A stretch of DNA of 64,000 bases from a virus (IMGVR_UViG_3300037420_000470:23298-87297); one strand, 5' to 3'; numbered from the stretch's first letter, positions 1 to 10,089 are shown. The notes: generated by a model from the sequence alone, not told the origin. Numbers and translations are program-made.

Positions 1-46
1 TTACGCTGTGTGTTGCTAATGTAGCTATAGGACTCATGGTGAAATA

Positions 47-1048
47 ATGGCAGGATTAGCAGTAATTGACGGAGATATAGTATCGTATAGGTGTGCAGCA
101 GCTAATGAGAAGAGAAGCGTAATAGCAACACACAAAGATACACTTTCAGAACTTGAATTTGACACAGCTACACAATTCAAAGAGTGGGTTAGTGGTAAAG
201 GGTACGAGTATGATTGGTTCACTCTCACACCTAAACAAACACCAGCACCAATTGAACATGCTTTGAACTCTGTGAAAACGGTGATTCACAACATCACAGA
301 GAAAGCTAAGTGTGATTCTTATCATATTGTTGTGTCTGGAAAAGATAATTTTAGGTTAGATTTACCGTTGCCTACACGGTACAAAGGAAACAGAGCAGAA
401 AGCACTAGACCGCTACAGTTAGATGAATGCAGGGAATACTTGCTCAAATATCATGATGCTGAAGTGAGTGAAGGTGTTGAAGCAGATGATGTTCTCGTAG
501 GCTACATGTACCAAGGCCACAAGGATGGTGATTATGTAGTGCAATGTAGCTTAGATAAAGACGCAAAATGTGGTCCTGGGTGGTTGTTTGATTGGACAAC
601 GATGAGTGAACCTGAATTGATTGAAGGCTATGGAGAACTTACCTGTACGCTTCGAGAGACAGGAAGAAAGACTGCTAAAGGTGCTCCAGTGTATGACAAG
701 ATAATCAAAGGTAAGGGGAGAGCATGGCTTTGGTATCAACTAGTGTACGGGGATGCTGTTGATGGATTTAAGCCTTGTGAATTGGCTAAAGCTAAGTTTG
801 GTGAAGTTGGAGCATACGACTTGCTTAAACATGCGACTAGCGACAAAGAGGCATTAGAAGCAATCGTAACGAAGTATAAACTTTGGTATCCTGAACCAAT
901 AACCTATCGTGCCTGGGATGATAGTTTGCATACGAAAGATTGGTTAGAAATTATGCAGATGTACGCTGACTGCTGTTTCATGAGGCGTTGGGAAGGTGAT
1001 AGGTTGGATGTGAAGAAATTACTTACAAAACTTAAGGTGAATCATTAA
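47..1048 (+). CDS. 5'-3' exonuclease (T5 D15 / T7 gp6-like)
   Basis: 333 aa; acidic motifs IDGD, EADD, DKD and GDAVDG typical of phage flap/5'-exonucleases. Confidence 0.8.
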   Translation: MAGLAVIDGDIVSYRCAAANEKRSVIATHKDTLSELEFDTATQFKEWVSGKGYEYDWFTLTPKQTPAPIEHALNSVKTVIHNITEKAKCDSYHIVVSGKDNFRLDLPLPTRYKGNRAESTRPLQLDECREYLLKYHDAEVSEGVEADDVLVGYMYQGHKDGDYVVQCSLDKDAKCGPGWLFDWTTMSEPELIEGYGELTCTLRETGRKTAKGAPVYDKIIKGKGRAWLWYQLVYGDAVDGFKPCELAKAKFGEVGAYDLLKHATSDKEALEAIVTKYKLWYPEPITYRAWDDSLHTKDWLEIMQMYADCCFMRRWEGDRLDVKKLLTKLKVNH

Positions 1049-1434
1049 TGAAACAATTTAAATTTAAGCACTGCAACGACGATGGTGTTATCTACACTGC
1101 AACGCAAGATGGAAGCGGTTATGCAATCACTTGGGTATATAACGATGGTAGATTGGGAGAAGAGTTTTATGGTGAAGAATCTGTTGAACGGATTCTCAAT
1201 AAGGGTATTTGGACTGTTGTAGAAGACATCACTTGCTCTGCGGAGGAACCTAAGCAAGAGGTTCCTACGTTGCTTGAAAAGGTTAAACAATTTGCTAAAG
1301 ACACTGGCAACGAAGTGTATATCAACAAGAATGGCTATTTGATTGGGACTGACAACAGGACGTATGCTGCTAAGGATGACGAAGAATTAGAGCGTAAGAT
1401 GGAGGCAATTCGTACTTTGTATGGCGAAGAGTAA
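1048..1434 (+). CDS. hypothetical protein
   Basis: 128 aa; start overlaps the upstream stop, in operon. Confidence 0.7.
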   Translation: MKQFKFKHCNDDGVIYTATQDGSGYAITWVYNDGRLGEEFYGEESVERILNKGIWTVVEDITCSAEEPKQEVPTLLEKVKQFAKDTGNEVYINKNGYLIGTDNRTYAAKDDEELERKMEAIRTLYGEE

Positions 1435-1966
1435 AAATACTGTGCTAACTAGATGTAGCGGTACAATGACGGAATCTCAGTGGCTTGCCTGGGTACGTTC
1501 TGCTCTTAGGTCTAAATGGTTGAGATGGAAACCGAGAGCAGATGCACTACGTGCTGCACAAGAGCCATACAAGGGTGAAAATAAACGACAAAAGTTTGCA
1601 TATCGTTGTGCTATGTGTAATAATCTTTTCTCACAGAAAGATGTCGAAGTTGATCATTTTCCCAGAGATGCTGGCAGTATTTTGAGTGTTGATGATATTG
1701 GGGAGTTCTGCAACAACCTCTTCTGTGAAACTGACAATCTCCGCGTAGTTTGTAAAATTTGTCACTCTATATACACACTAAGTCAGCGTAACGGCATAAG
1801 TTTGGAAGAGGCAAGATTGCAAAAACAAGTGATTGAAATTTGTAAAGACAAACAAAAAACTCTTGCTTTTCTTGCTGCGAATCAATATAATGTTAAAACA
1901 TTAACGAATGCAGCAAAACGTAGAGAAGCAGTCGAATCAATACTAAGGGAGAAAATGAGTGCGTAA
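1421..1966 (+). CDS. HNH-type endonuclease
   Basis: CAMC...VEVDH...NLRVVCKICH Zn/HNH pattern. Confidence 0.65.
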   Translation: MAKSKNTVLTRCSGTMTESQWLAWVRSALRSKWLRWKPRADALRAAQEPYKGENKRQKFAYRCAMCNNLFSQKDVEVDHFPRDAGSILSVDDIGEFCNNLFCETDNLRVVCKICHSIYTLSQRNGISLEEARLQKQVIEICKDKQKTLAFLAANQYNVKTLTNAAKRREAVESILREKMSA

Positions 1967-2264
1967 ATGGGTATGTAACGGTGTGGAATTCCGTGAAGGT
2001 GATCGTGTCAAGGTTGTACGTTTTGAAGAAAACTTAGCACCGAACGGGATGGGTGAAGGAATCGAATGGGATAACACATGGGTCAACGCAAGGTACGAAG
2101 ATAATGGCACGATAAATCTTAACATGGATGGTTATTTCGGAATTGAGTTTGTCATCAACCATATTGACCAAAGCGGAGTCGAATTTGAGAATGATCTTGG
2201 CTATGCATTCCCGTTGTCTAGCCTAGAAAAAGTAGTTCAATCGCAGTTGAAGGAGGTTGCATGA
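1959..2264 (+). CDS. hypothetical protein
   Basis: 101 aa, GTG start, coupled to neighbours. Confidence 0.65.
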   Translation: MRKWVCNGVEFREGDRVKVVRFEENLAPNGMGEGIEWDNTWVNARYEDNGTINLNMDGYFGIEFVINHIDQSGVEFENDLGYAFPLSSLEKVVQSQLKEVA

Positions 2265-3115
2265 GTGATATTGAAGTTGGGGATGTTGTACGAGTTGTAG
2301 ATACTGGCAAGCAATTCAGTCTATACACAGAATGGGCAAGCAAACATGGTCTGGATCACTTCAGTACAAAGCGTGATGTTGAGAAAGGAAAAGAATACTC
2401 TGTTGTTGTGATAGCTCCGCATAGTAGGTATGGTGTGTACGGAACCCTATACGGCTTGCGTGATGAAACCACTGGTTATGAACACATCATTGGACGAGGG
2501 GGAATTGAGTTAGTGTCTAAGAAGTTTGAACTTCAAGATGATTTTGATTTCACTTATGCAGATGCGCGATACAACTTCAAGAAGAAATCAGATGGTGTGT
2601 ACACTTGCACTAAGTATGGTGATGATTGGCAGTATGACTATGTTTCTGGTGAATTGAGTCAAGCAATTAATCTGTTCGAAAACGGTGTTTGGAAAATTGT
2701 TGAAAAGGAGACTGAATTGGTGGAACAACAAGTAGCGAACGGTGTAGATGCTAATAACAAACCTTTGAATTTCACTATTGATGATCTTCAACCGTTTGAT
2801 CGTGTAATCACTGATTCAGGTACATATATTGTTGTGTTGGACGGTGATAGGTGTGTTCTAGTAGGTGTTGGTGGTTGGCTTGATGAAGATGTATTCTTAT
2901 ACGATACATGCCATTATTTCTCACCACTGGAAGTGTATAGCAAGCCAACTTACTACGTTGATTACTTCGATTACAACCTTCAAGGTAGGCTTCGCTGGAA
3001 GCGTGTTGATCCTGAGTTTGTTAAACGGATTTCTTACTTGGAAGAGAAGATCAAAGCTGTAGCTGATGAATTGCACACTCTGCAAAACGAGTATTACGAA
3101 CTGAAAGTAGCATAG
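2261..3115 (+). CDS. hypothetical protein (multi-domain, C-terminal coiled coil)
   Basis: 284 aa, ATGA overlap, RBS GGAGG. Confidence 0.7.
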   Translation: MSDIEVGDVVRVVDTGKQFSLYTEWASKHGLDHFSTKRDVEKGKEYSVVVIAPHSRYGVYGTLYGLRDETTGYEHIIGRGGIELVSKKFELQDDFDFTYADARYNFKKKSDGVYTCTKYGDDWQYDYVSGELSQAINLFENGVWKIVEKETELVEQQVANGVDANNKPLNFTIDDLQPFDRVITDSGTYIVVLDGDRCVLVGVGGWLDEDVFLYDTCHYFSPLEVYSKPTYYVDYFDYNLQGRLRWKRVDPEFVKRISYLEEKIKAVADELHTLQNEYYELKVA

Positions 3116-3124
3116 GAGAATAAT

Positions 3125-3997
3125 TTGAGTGGTATAGTAAAAGATTGGCAAGAAGATGCAATTACGCTAGATAGAACAGGTATTTTCTCTAGAAGAGAAA
3201 TAGCAAAACTACTAGGTGTCCCACGTAGTACAGTATTAGATTTTCTTAGGAAGTATTTTGAAGTGAAGAATGAACCGAAAGAGATTGATTACAATGCTGA
3301 AGTGTTGACTGATCCAGTAAGACAATACAACAATAGCCGCATTTTATTCATTAGTGACATGCATATCCCTTACCACCATCAAGGGCTTCTGCCCTTTTTG
3401 GAAGGATTGAAGAAACGTTATGAACCTACACGGGTGATTTGTTTAGGGGATGAACTCGATAAGCATGCAATGTCTTTTCATGATTCTGATCCTGATCTGC
3501 CAAGTGCAGGGGATGAGTTGAACAAGGCTTTACCAGTGATTAAGGAATTGGAAAAGTTGTTCCCTGAAATGGATTTGATTGACTCGAATCATGGATCAAT
3601 GGTGTATCGCAAAGCCAAGCATCACGGTATACCGCGCAGGTACATTCGTGGTTATAACGATGTGCTTGGAGTTGGTGATGGTTGGAAGTGGCACATGGAT
3701 TTAACCATTGAGCTACCTGATGGTCAAAAGGTTTATATCCATCATGGCAAGACTGCTGATGCATTGAGGACGAGTCAAGGAATGGGCATGAGTCATGTGG
3801 CAGGACACTACCATGAGCGGTTTAACGTGCAATATTGGGCTAACCCTGTCGGTTTGTATTTCGCAATGAACTGTGGATGCTTGGTTGACGATAATGCTTT
3901 AGCGTTCAGTTATAACAATGTGAATCTGAAAAGACCAATAGTAGGTACTGGTTTGATTATTGATGGGTATCCGGTTCTTGAACCGATGCCACTATAA
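3125..3997 (+). CDS. calcineurin-like metallophosphoesterase with N-terminal HTH
   Basis: SDMH, GDELD, SNHG, GHYH motifs; SRREIAKLLGVPRSTV HTH. Confidence 0.8.
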   Translation: MSGIVKDWQEDAITLDRTGIFSRREIAKLLGVPRSTVLDFLRKYFEVKNEPKEIDYNAEVLTDPVRQYNNSRILFISDMHIPYHHQGLLPFLEGLKKRYEPTRVICLGDELDKHAMSFHDSDPDLPSAGDELNKALPVIKELEKLFPEMDLIDSNHGSMVYRKAKHHGIPRRYIRGYNDVLGVGDGWKWHMDLTIELPDGQKVYIHHGKTADALRTSQGMGMSHVAGHYHERFNVQYWANPVGLYFAMNCGCLVDDNALAFSYNNVNLKRPIVGTGLIIDGYPVLEPMPL

Positions 3998-4007
3998 GGA
4001 GATGAGA

Positions 4008-4463
4008 GTGGAACACAATAATTTGTTTAATGTTGGTGATCAAGTAGTGTGGAAGCGTTTTGTAGAGACTGGTGAAATTCCATGCGAACATTGTGATAAT
4101 GGTTCTCATGAAGTTGGTACATTGTTTGAAACTGTACATGAAATCATTGATGTTGAAGCAACGTTTTACCCTGGTCGGGTAGTTTATTCATATGTGCTAG
4201 ATACGTCTTGGAAAGACTCTGAAACGGGCGAGATGAACGAATGTTGGAAAACTGTTTCTGAGAATGCTTTAACGTTGCCAAAGAAAGTAATCAAAACTAC
4301 TGAAGAACAACTTGAAAAAGCTTTTGCAGAATACTATCGTCGTGCAGCAGAGCATCCTGAAGATTTTCTTCAAGACGCAGTTATAGCTAACTTTGAAGAA
4401 GCTGGAAAAAATTCTGCTGCGTACCTTGTAGGAATCTTGAAAGAGTTGAACGGGGAAGAATGA
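4008..4463 (+). CDS. hypothetical protein
   Basis: track ORF 3960-4463; GTG at 4008 chosen from AGGAG spacing. Confidence 0.6.
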   Translation: MEHNNLFNVGDQVVWKRFVETGEIPCEHCDNGSHEVGTLFETVHEIIDVEATFYPGRVVYSYVLDTSWKDSETGEMNECWKTVSENALTLPKKVIKTTEEQLEKAFAEYYRRAAEHPEDFLQDAVIANFEEAGKNSAAYLVGILKELNGEE

Positions 4464-4792
4464 TAATGCAGTTGCAAGTTCCTATTGCTGGTATGCCAGT
4501 GCATTTGATCTGTTGCTTAGTACCAGGGACAACAGTTGTGAATGGAATTACTTACAACGTTGAAGGTAAGGTAGCATTTGTAAAGGTTGCTCAATTTGAT
4601 ACTGTATTCGACCAACCACAAAACAGGGGAGATATTGGAGCAATCTTTTACGAAGACAGTTTTATATTGATTGATGAAGATTGGATGGAGACATTTAATT
4701 ACAGCACTATCTATGACTACAAAAACATACCAAGAATGCTTAAATGGCTACAGCAGCAGAATTTGCAACTGCCTGAAGTGATAATGATGTAG
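4460..4792 (+). CDS. hypothetical protein
   Basis: 110 aa, ATGA overlap. Confidence 0.6.
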   Translation: MIMQLQVPIAGMPVHLICCLVPGTTVVNGITYNVEGKVAFVKVAQFDTVFDQPQNRGDIGAIFYEDSFILIDEDWMETFNYSTIYDYKNIPRMLKWLQQQNLQLPEVIMM

Positions 4793-4799
4793 GAGGGAT

Positions 4800-4988
4800 A
4801 TGAGTAAGAAGAAGCGTGAGAAAACGATACGCTGTCAAGTATGCGGAGTAGTTGCTACGCAACATAAGTTGTCTTTTGCATTATGTGACAACATTGTTTG
4901 TGATGTAGTCAGACAGGAGATTATTAATGAAGAAATTAAGCAGCACAAGGAGGTTGAATGTCAAGAGTCTTGTCTTTCAGAGATTTAA
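4800..4988 (+). CDS. small Cys-rich (zinc-finger-like) protein
   Basis: CQVC...CDNIVC; RBS GGAGG. Confidence 0.6.
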   Translation: MSKKKREKTIRCQVCGVVATQHKLSFALCDNIVCDVVRQEIINEEIKQHKEVECQESCLSEI

Positions 4989-5491
4989 AGCTAATCACTG
5001 AATTAGCACCATATACAGAAATATCTTTGCTTGATCCATCGATGGATGAACGAGTTAATTATTACTTGGACAAACTAGGCTTTGATGTGGAGTATGGCAT
5101 ATGTTATGAACCATCTCTCCACAGGGATATGCGGAATAAAGTTGCTGTAGGTTTTAGAGTAGTAGGGGAATTGAATGTTAATCGTAACATCATCAATAGC
5201 GATCTTTGTACGCTAGAAGATAGGTTGATTGCAGCAGCATATCTTGACCCTACGTTAGTACGAGAATTAAGCCCATTGATGGGAACTAGACTTGATTACA
5301 GAGCATTTCATGCAGAAGACGCTGAAAGTGAAGATAATGAAGATTTCCTATCTGACGATATTGAGCCTGATTATGAAATGATTAAGAGTCAGATCGAAGC
5401 ATTGACAGCGATTAGGGATAGTCTGAGGGGAAGTGTATACAATGAAGCAGGCAGTATTAAAAGCCCTGCTGAGAATTTTTCTCATAAATGA
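4958..5491 (+). CDS. hypothetical protein
   Basis: 177 aa, RBS GGAGG, acidic linker. Confidence 0.7.
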   Translation: MSRVLSFRDLKLITELAPYTEISLLDPSMDERVNYYLDKLGFDVEYGICYEPSLHRDMRNKVAVGFRVVGELNVNRNIINSDLCTLEDRLIAAAYLDPTLVRELSPLMGTRLDYRAFHAEDAESEDNEDFLSDDIEPDYEMIKSQIEALTAIRDSLRGSVYNEAGSIKSPAENFSHK

Positions 5492-5495
5492 GAAA
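5478..5495. promoter_or_regulatory. 18-bp palindrome TTTCTCATAAATGAGAAA (copy 1, upstream of nrdB)
   Basis: 8-2-8 inverted repeat; six related copies in the window. Confidence 0.65.
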
Positions 5496-5509
5496 TTATA
5501 GGGAGTTGA

Positions 5510-6490
5510 ATGAAAGAAGCGAATATTAAGAAGTGGAGAGATGGGTATATTGATTTGTACCCTGAGTTTGGTAAACTAGCAGACGATCAGATTAAAATCT
5601 TCTGGCCTTGGAATGAAATCAATGTCAAGAAAGATAAGCAGGATTTGTTAGTTGGTATGACTGATGCAGAACATCATGGAACTGTTTTCACTCTTAAGCT
5701 GTTTACTAAATACGAATTATTTGTTGGTAATGAGCATTGGGGCAATAAGATTGCTAAAGCATATCCGCAAGTTGGTATTCAACGGATGGCAGCAGCTTTT
5801 GCGCATGTAGAATTGAATAGTCATGCTCCGTTCTACAACGAGATTAATAAGGAACTTGGACTAGCTAATTATGAATTCTACACTTCATATTTGAATGATC
5901 CTGTATTAGCTGCTAGGATGAAATTCATTGAAGATGTGATCGCAAGTGATGATGATGAGTTGTCTACAGCAGTGTTTAGTTTAGTTGAAGGTGCTGTGCT
6001 GTATAGTGCTTTTGCTTTCTTGAAGCATTTCCAAAGCCAGGGGAAGAACAAGGTACAAAATATTAATCGTGGTATTAATATGTCAGCACGAGATGAGAAT
6101 CTTCATGCTATTGGTGGAAGTGGAATTGTACGTGTAGCATTGAAAGAGCAAGATCGTACTGAGTACGAGATACGGGAGTTCAAAGAAGCAGTTAAGGAAG
6201 CGGCAGATCAAATTTACTTACATGAATGCCAAATCGTTGATAAGATTTTTGAACTTGGCAAGATGGATGGAATCACAGATTTGCAATTGAAACGCTTCGT
6301 GCAGAGTCGTATCAACTTGTGCCTTGATTATCTTGGTGTTGAACGTAATTATGTTGTCGAGTACAACCCAATTGCTGAGTGGTTTTATAAAGGGATTAAT
6401 GACTACCAAATGAATGATTTCTTTCAAGGAGTTGGTAGGGAGTACACCCGCGATTGGGATAAAACTAGGTTTATTTGGAAGAAAGGTTGA
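5510..6490 (+). CDS. nrdB: ribonucleotide reductase class I beta subunit
   Basis: ferritin-like ligands KYE, ELNSH..Y, VEG, DENLH; C-terminal DFF...EY. Confidence 0.9.
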   Translation: MKEANIKKWRDGYIDLYPEFGKLADDQIKIFWPWNEINVKKDKQDLLVGMTDAEHHGTVFTLKLFTKYELFVGNEHWGNKIAKAYPQVGIQRMAAAFAHVELNSHAPFYNEINKELGLANYEFYTSYLNDPVLAARMKFIEDVIASDDDELSTAVFSLVEGAVLYSAFAFLKHFQSQGKNKVQNINRGINMSARDENLHAIGGSGIVRVALKEQDRTEYEIREFKEAVKEAADQIYLHECQIVDKIFELGKMDGITDLQLKRFVQSRINLCLDYLGVERNYVVEYNPIAEWFYKGINDYQMNDFFQGVGREYTRDWDKTRFIWKKG

Positions 6491-8212
6491 ATGGATAGTT
6501 TATACGAGAAGCTAAGTAAAGAGCGAAAAGAACTACAAGCTAAGGGATTAATGCAGGATTGGTGGTCAACTGGTAGTTGGCAATTATTCAAAGCTAAGTA
6601 TTTGTATCAAGCTGAAAATCCTAGAGAGCAGTATGAACGTATTGCAGAAACGTTAGCGCAGTATATTGAGGGTCATTACCCTGAGTGGTGGGAATCTGAG
6701 TTTGGACAAGGTTATACTTGGAAGCAAGCTTTCTTTGATCAAATGTGGATTGGTAATCTATCTGGCTCCACCCCTGTCATTGGGAACACTGGTACGAATC
6801 GTGGCTTTTCTGTCTCTTGTTCTGGCAATGTAATGCCTAACAGTATTAACGACATATACGACACGAAGCGTGAAATTGCAGTTTTGACGAAGAACAGTTT
6901 TGGTACTGCATCTTATCTTGGAGATATTCAACCAAGGGGAACTGTTACCAGCAAGGGACAAAAGGCTGTAGGTATTTTGCCAGTGATTAAAGGTGTTGTG
7001 CATGACATGGAATATGTTGCTCAAGGTGGTAGACGCGGAGCATGGGCTGGTTATATTCCAATTGATCACGGAGACTTCAAGGAAGTGGTTAGTTATCTTG
7101 AAGAAGCACCTGATGGATTGAATATTGGCTGGAATATTCCAAATAGTTTTAATGATCGGATGGAAAATGATGATCATGAAGCTATTGACCGTTGGCAGAC
7201 ATTCATGGTTGCAAAGATGAAGACTGGAAAAGGTTACTTTGCTTTCATGGATAAGATCAATGCTCGCAGACCAAAAATGTATGTTGACCGTGGCTTATTT
7301 GTTGTAGCACCACAACTATGCAATGAAATACATCTACATAGTTCTGAGACTTTGACATATACTTGCGTTCTTTCAAGTCAAAACGCAGCACGTTGGGATG
7401 AGTGGAAGAACACAAAGTCGGCATTTATTGGGCAAGTGTTTTTGGATTGTGTATGTGAAGATTTCATTACGAAGGCAGCAGGAATATCAGGATTAGAAAA
7501 AGCTGTTGAGTTCACTCGTTTAGGTAGACCAACGGGATTGGGGATTTGTGGTTTCCATACGTACTTGCAAAAGAGGCGTATTCCTTTTGAAAGCTTTGAG
7601 GCTTACCAGTTCAACAACGAATTGTTTAAGCATTTGCACGATGAAACATTGGAAGCATCGCAGTGGCTTGCTAAAGAGTTTGGTGAACCTGAATGGTGTA
7701 AAGGGTACGGTGTACGTAACACGCATAGGACAGCAATAGCACCTACTAAGAGTAGCGCATTACTGATGGCAGGGGTGAGTGAAGGGATTAATCCTGATCC
7801 TGCTATGACGTTTACACAGCTTACTCCTGCTGGTGAAGTAGATAGGGCTAACCCTGTGTTGCTTGAGTTGATGAAAGAACGTGGTGTGTATGACAAACGG
7901 CATATGGATGAACTGACTGCTGCTCAAGGTTCTGTTCAAGGTGTGAGTTGGCTTACTGATGAAGAGAAGAAAGTGTTTAAAACTGCTTTTGAAATAGACC
8001 AGAAAGTAATTATTAAATTGGCAGCAGCAAGACAGCGGTATCTTTGCCAGGGTCAATCGTTGAACCTGTTCTTTAGCGCAGAAGAGGATGAAGAATATAT
8101 TGCAGAGGTTCATTCTGAAGCATTTAAGAATCCTTTGATTCTAGGTTTGTATTATTGTTACTCAAAGGCTGGTGTAACAGCATCGAAAGGGGAGTGTGAC
8201 ACTTGCATGTGA
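6491..8212 (+). CDS. nrdA: ribonucleotide reductase class I alpha subunit (no ATP cone)
   Basis: STPV, LCNEI, TAIAPTKSS and QSLNLF motifs; C-terminal CDTC. Confidence 0.9.
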   Translation: MDSLYEKLSKERKELQAKGLMQDWWSTGSWQLFKAKYLYQAENPREQYERIAETLAQYIEGHYPEWWESEFGQGYTWKQAFFDQMWIGNLSGSTPVIGNTGTNRGFSVSCSGNVMPNSINDIYDTKREIAVLTKNSFGTASYLGDIQPRGTVTSKGQKAVGILPVIKGVVHDMEYVAQGGRRGAWAGYIPIDHGDFKEVVSYLEEAPDGLNIGWNIPNSFNDRMENDDHEAIDRWQTFMVAKMKTGKGYFAFMDKINARRPKMYVDRGLFVVAPQLCNEIHLHSSETLTYTCVLSSQNAARWDEWKNTKSAFIGQVFLDCVCEDFITKAAGISGLEKAVEFTRLGRPTGLGICGFHTYLQKRRIPFESFEAYQFNNELFKHLHDETLEASQWLAKEFGEPEWCKGYGVRNTHRTAIAPTKSSALLMAGVSEGINPDPAMTFTQLTPAGEVDRANPVLLELMKERGVYDKRHMDELTAAQGSVQGVSWLTDEEKKVFKTAFEIDQKVIIKLAAARQRYLCQGQSLNLFFSAEEDEEYIAEVHSEAFKNPLILGLYYCYSKAGVTASKGECDTCM

Positions 8213-8780
8213 TTTTGACGAGCACTTAGGACTTCCTATAATAGAAATAGACTTATCCTGTTGTGTCTACGTTGTAACATGCAATATCAATAACAAACGC
8301 TATGTTGGAATTTCCAACGACCCTGAAAGGCGTTGGAAAGAACATACCAGAAGGGCAAACAACCCTTCTGACCCATCATACAATTTAAAGTTATATAGAG
8401 CTATACGTAAATACGGGTGGGAGGCATTTAGCGTAGAGGAAGTATTAAGAGGAAGCAGGGAGTTTTGCGGTTTGTTGGAGGTAAGTTTTATCTCAATTTA
8501 CGACAGTTTTGAAAACGGGTACAATTCGTCGCAAGGTGGTGAAGGTACATCATACGTTGAACCTTGGAACAAAAGTACCAAAGGTGTTTGTAAACCTAAT
8601 AAAACATCCTTTGTCAAAGGTGGGAAATCATTGCGGCAAGTTCTCACGGAAGATGAAATAAAAAGGATTCTTCAGGAGTACGACGATGGAATCCCGCCTA
8701 CTAAAATGACGTGGCTCCCTGTTCATTGGTCCCAAGCTTATAGGGTTATTAATAAACACAAATTGGAAAAGGTTGGATGA
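8196..8780 (+). CDS. GIY-YIG homing endonuclease (free-standing)
   Basis: VYVVTC...YVGIS...RRWKEH...E..FI...GYN. Confidence 0.8.
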   Translation: MTLACDFDEHLGLPIIEIDLSCCVYVVTCNINNKRYVGISNDPERRWKEHTRRANNPSDPSYNLKLYRAIRKYGWEAFSVEEVLRGSREFCGLLEVSFISIYDSFENGYNSSQGGEGTSYVEPWNKSTKGVCKPNKTSFVKGGKSLRQVLTEDEIKRILQEYDDGIPPTKMTWLPVHWSQAYRVINKHKLEKVG

Positions 8781-8995
8781 GAATTGTAATTTATTCAAAA
8801 AATAATTGCCCTGCATGTGAAAGGGCGAAGAGTCAGTTAGTTCTTAAAGGTGTTGAATTCTACGTACTCAACATCGACACAGATATGGATGCGATGGATT
8901 TTATAGCTGCTCAAGGGCATAGGTCAGTTCCACAAGTCTATGCAGATGGTGTACACGTATCAGACCTTAGCACATTAACTAGCGAAATTATTTGA
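8777..8995 (+). CDS. glutaredoxin / NrdH-like redoxin
   Basis: CPAC and SVPQV motifs, next to nrdA. Confidence 0.85.
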   Translation: MRIVIYSKNNCPACERAKSQLVLKGVEFYVLNIDTDMDAMDFIAAQGHRSVPQVYADGVHVSDLSTLTSEII

Positions 8996-9047
8996 TTAAT
9001 ATCAAGGAAGCAGTTATAATACTGCTTCCACATTTAAAGGAGATGAA

Positions 9048-9149
9048 ATGTTGAGATTTATTTTGAGTGCTTTGATAGGGCTTGCCCTTGAGTTTATTCC
9101 ATTCGGGTGGGCTATTGGTGCAGTATTATCCTATAAAGGATATATGTAA
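9048..9149 (+). CDS. small membrane protein (33 aa, not in ORF track)
   Basis: MLRFILSALIGLALEFIPFGWAIGAVLSYKGYM; RBS AAGGAG. Confidence 0.55.
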   Translation: MLRFILSALIGLALEFIPFGWAIGAVLSYKGYM

Positions 9150-9353
9150 ATGAGAAATCGCTATAACGATATGAGTTTAGGGTATGCAGCATTTATACTG
9201 CTAAGTACATTCCTTGTTGTATGTTTAGGTTTGTACGGATGGGTATCGAATATTGTATCGCTATTCCATGCTACAGGGTTTAGTGGTGCAGTTGTTTTAC
9301 GTATTATTGGTGTGTTCATGGTCCCATTAGGGATTGTATTAGGGTATGTTTAA
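9150..9353 (+). CDS. two-TM membrane protein
   Basis: two hydrophobic segments. Confidence 0.65.
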   Translation: MRNRYNDMSLGYAAFILLSTFLVVCLGLYGWVSNIVSLFHATGFSGAVVLRIIGVFMVPLGIVLGYV

Positions 9354-9362
9354 GGAGAATTT

Positions 9363-9653
9363 ATGAAGAAAATCACGATTGAAACTGGCGAAGGCAATAT
9401 TACTATTGATGCAGAACTGCTCAAAGAATACCGTCAACGAGCATTTGAGACATTGAAGGCTCAAGATGAAGCTAAACTTGAGTTCAAAGAGGAAGTAGAT
9501 GCTGCAGCAGATGGTGCAGAGAGTACCACTGTAGAGAAGAAAGTGCTGGTCAAGATTCTTGGTAAGTATTTCAAAGCAGCATATAAAGACTCCACGAAAG
9601 AAGCTAAAGAACTTGGTGAAGTGTTTGCAGCACTAGATGAAGCAGTAGCGTAA
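9363..9653 (+). CDS. putative DNA-binding protein (T4 DsbA / GapR-like)
   Basis: 96 aa helical; size and residue pattern recall DsbA/DUF2312, from memory only. Confidence 0.4.
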   Translation: MKKITIETGEGNITIDAELLKEYRQRAFETLKAQDEAKLEFKEEVDAAADGAESTTVEKKVLVKILGKYFKAAYKDSTKEAKELGEVFAALDEAVA

Positions 9654-9667
9654 TTGAAAGGAAATAA

Positions 9668-9883
9668 ATGAATATTCTTACAGCAATTCCTGTAGTATTT
9701 GAAGTAGTACGTTCGATTGAACAACTCCTGCCTGAAGGCAAAGGTAAAGAAAAATTTGATGCAGCATTTGCAATGTTCCAACAACTGTACAACGACATTA
9801 GTGTAGCTGTTCCAGTAGTCACTGCCCTGATCAATACGGCAGTAGCATTGTTGAATCTCAAAGGCGAATTCAAGAAGTCGTAA
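9668..9883 (+). CDS. hypothetical amphipathic protein
   Basis: 71 aa, RBS AAAGGA, last gene of the + block. Confidence 0.65.
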   Translation: MNILTAIPVVFEVVRSIEQLLPEGKGKEKFDAAFAMFQQLYNDISVAVPVVTALINTAVALLNLKGEFKKS

Positions 9884-9918
9884 AAGCAAAAAGCCTTGAC
9901 GCAATTAAGCATCAAGGC
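9884..9918 (-). terminator. intrinsic terminator ending the late/lysis transcript
   Basis: GCCTTGA...TCAAGGC stem followed by TTTTT on the - strand. Confidence 0.55.
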
Positions 9919-10089
9919 ATAAAATTGCCCTACCAGAAGGACAGTAACCTAGCGGTTCGTTAGAAACGTAACTTTTAATAATTGCAATATAGCGTAATCG
10001 TACCTCCATCAATTTCGCCAGCCTCCAACACTAGATATAAATTGTCAGGTAGAGTATTGAAATTCTTGGAAAGGATTACGCTTTGCATT

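Noticed and set aside
5478-5495. Palindrome as a Fur box
   Set aside because: Fur-type sites read TGAGAA-N-TTCTCA with converging half-sites; here the order is TTCTCA-N4-TGAGAA.
9668-9883. Disruptin-like cationic lysis peptide
   Set aside because: Net charge is about zero (7 basic, 7 acidic) and it lies on the opposite transcript from the lysis genes.
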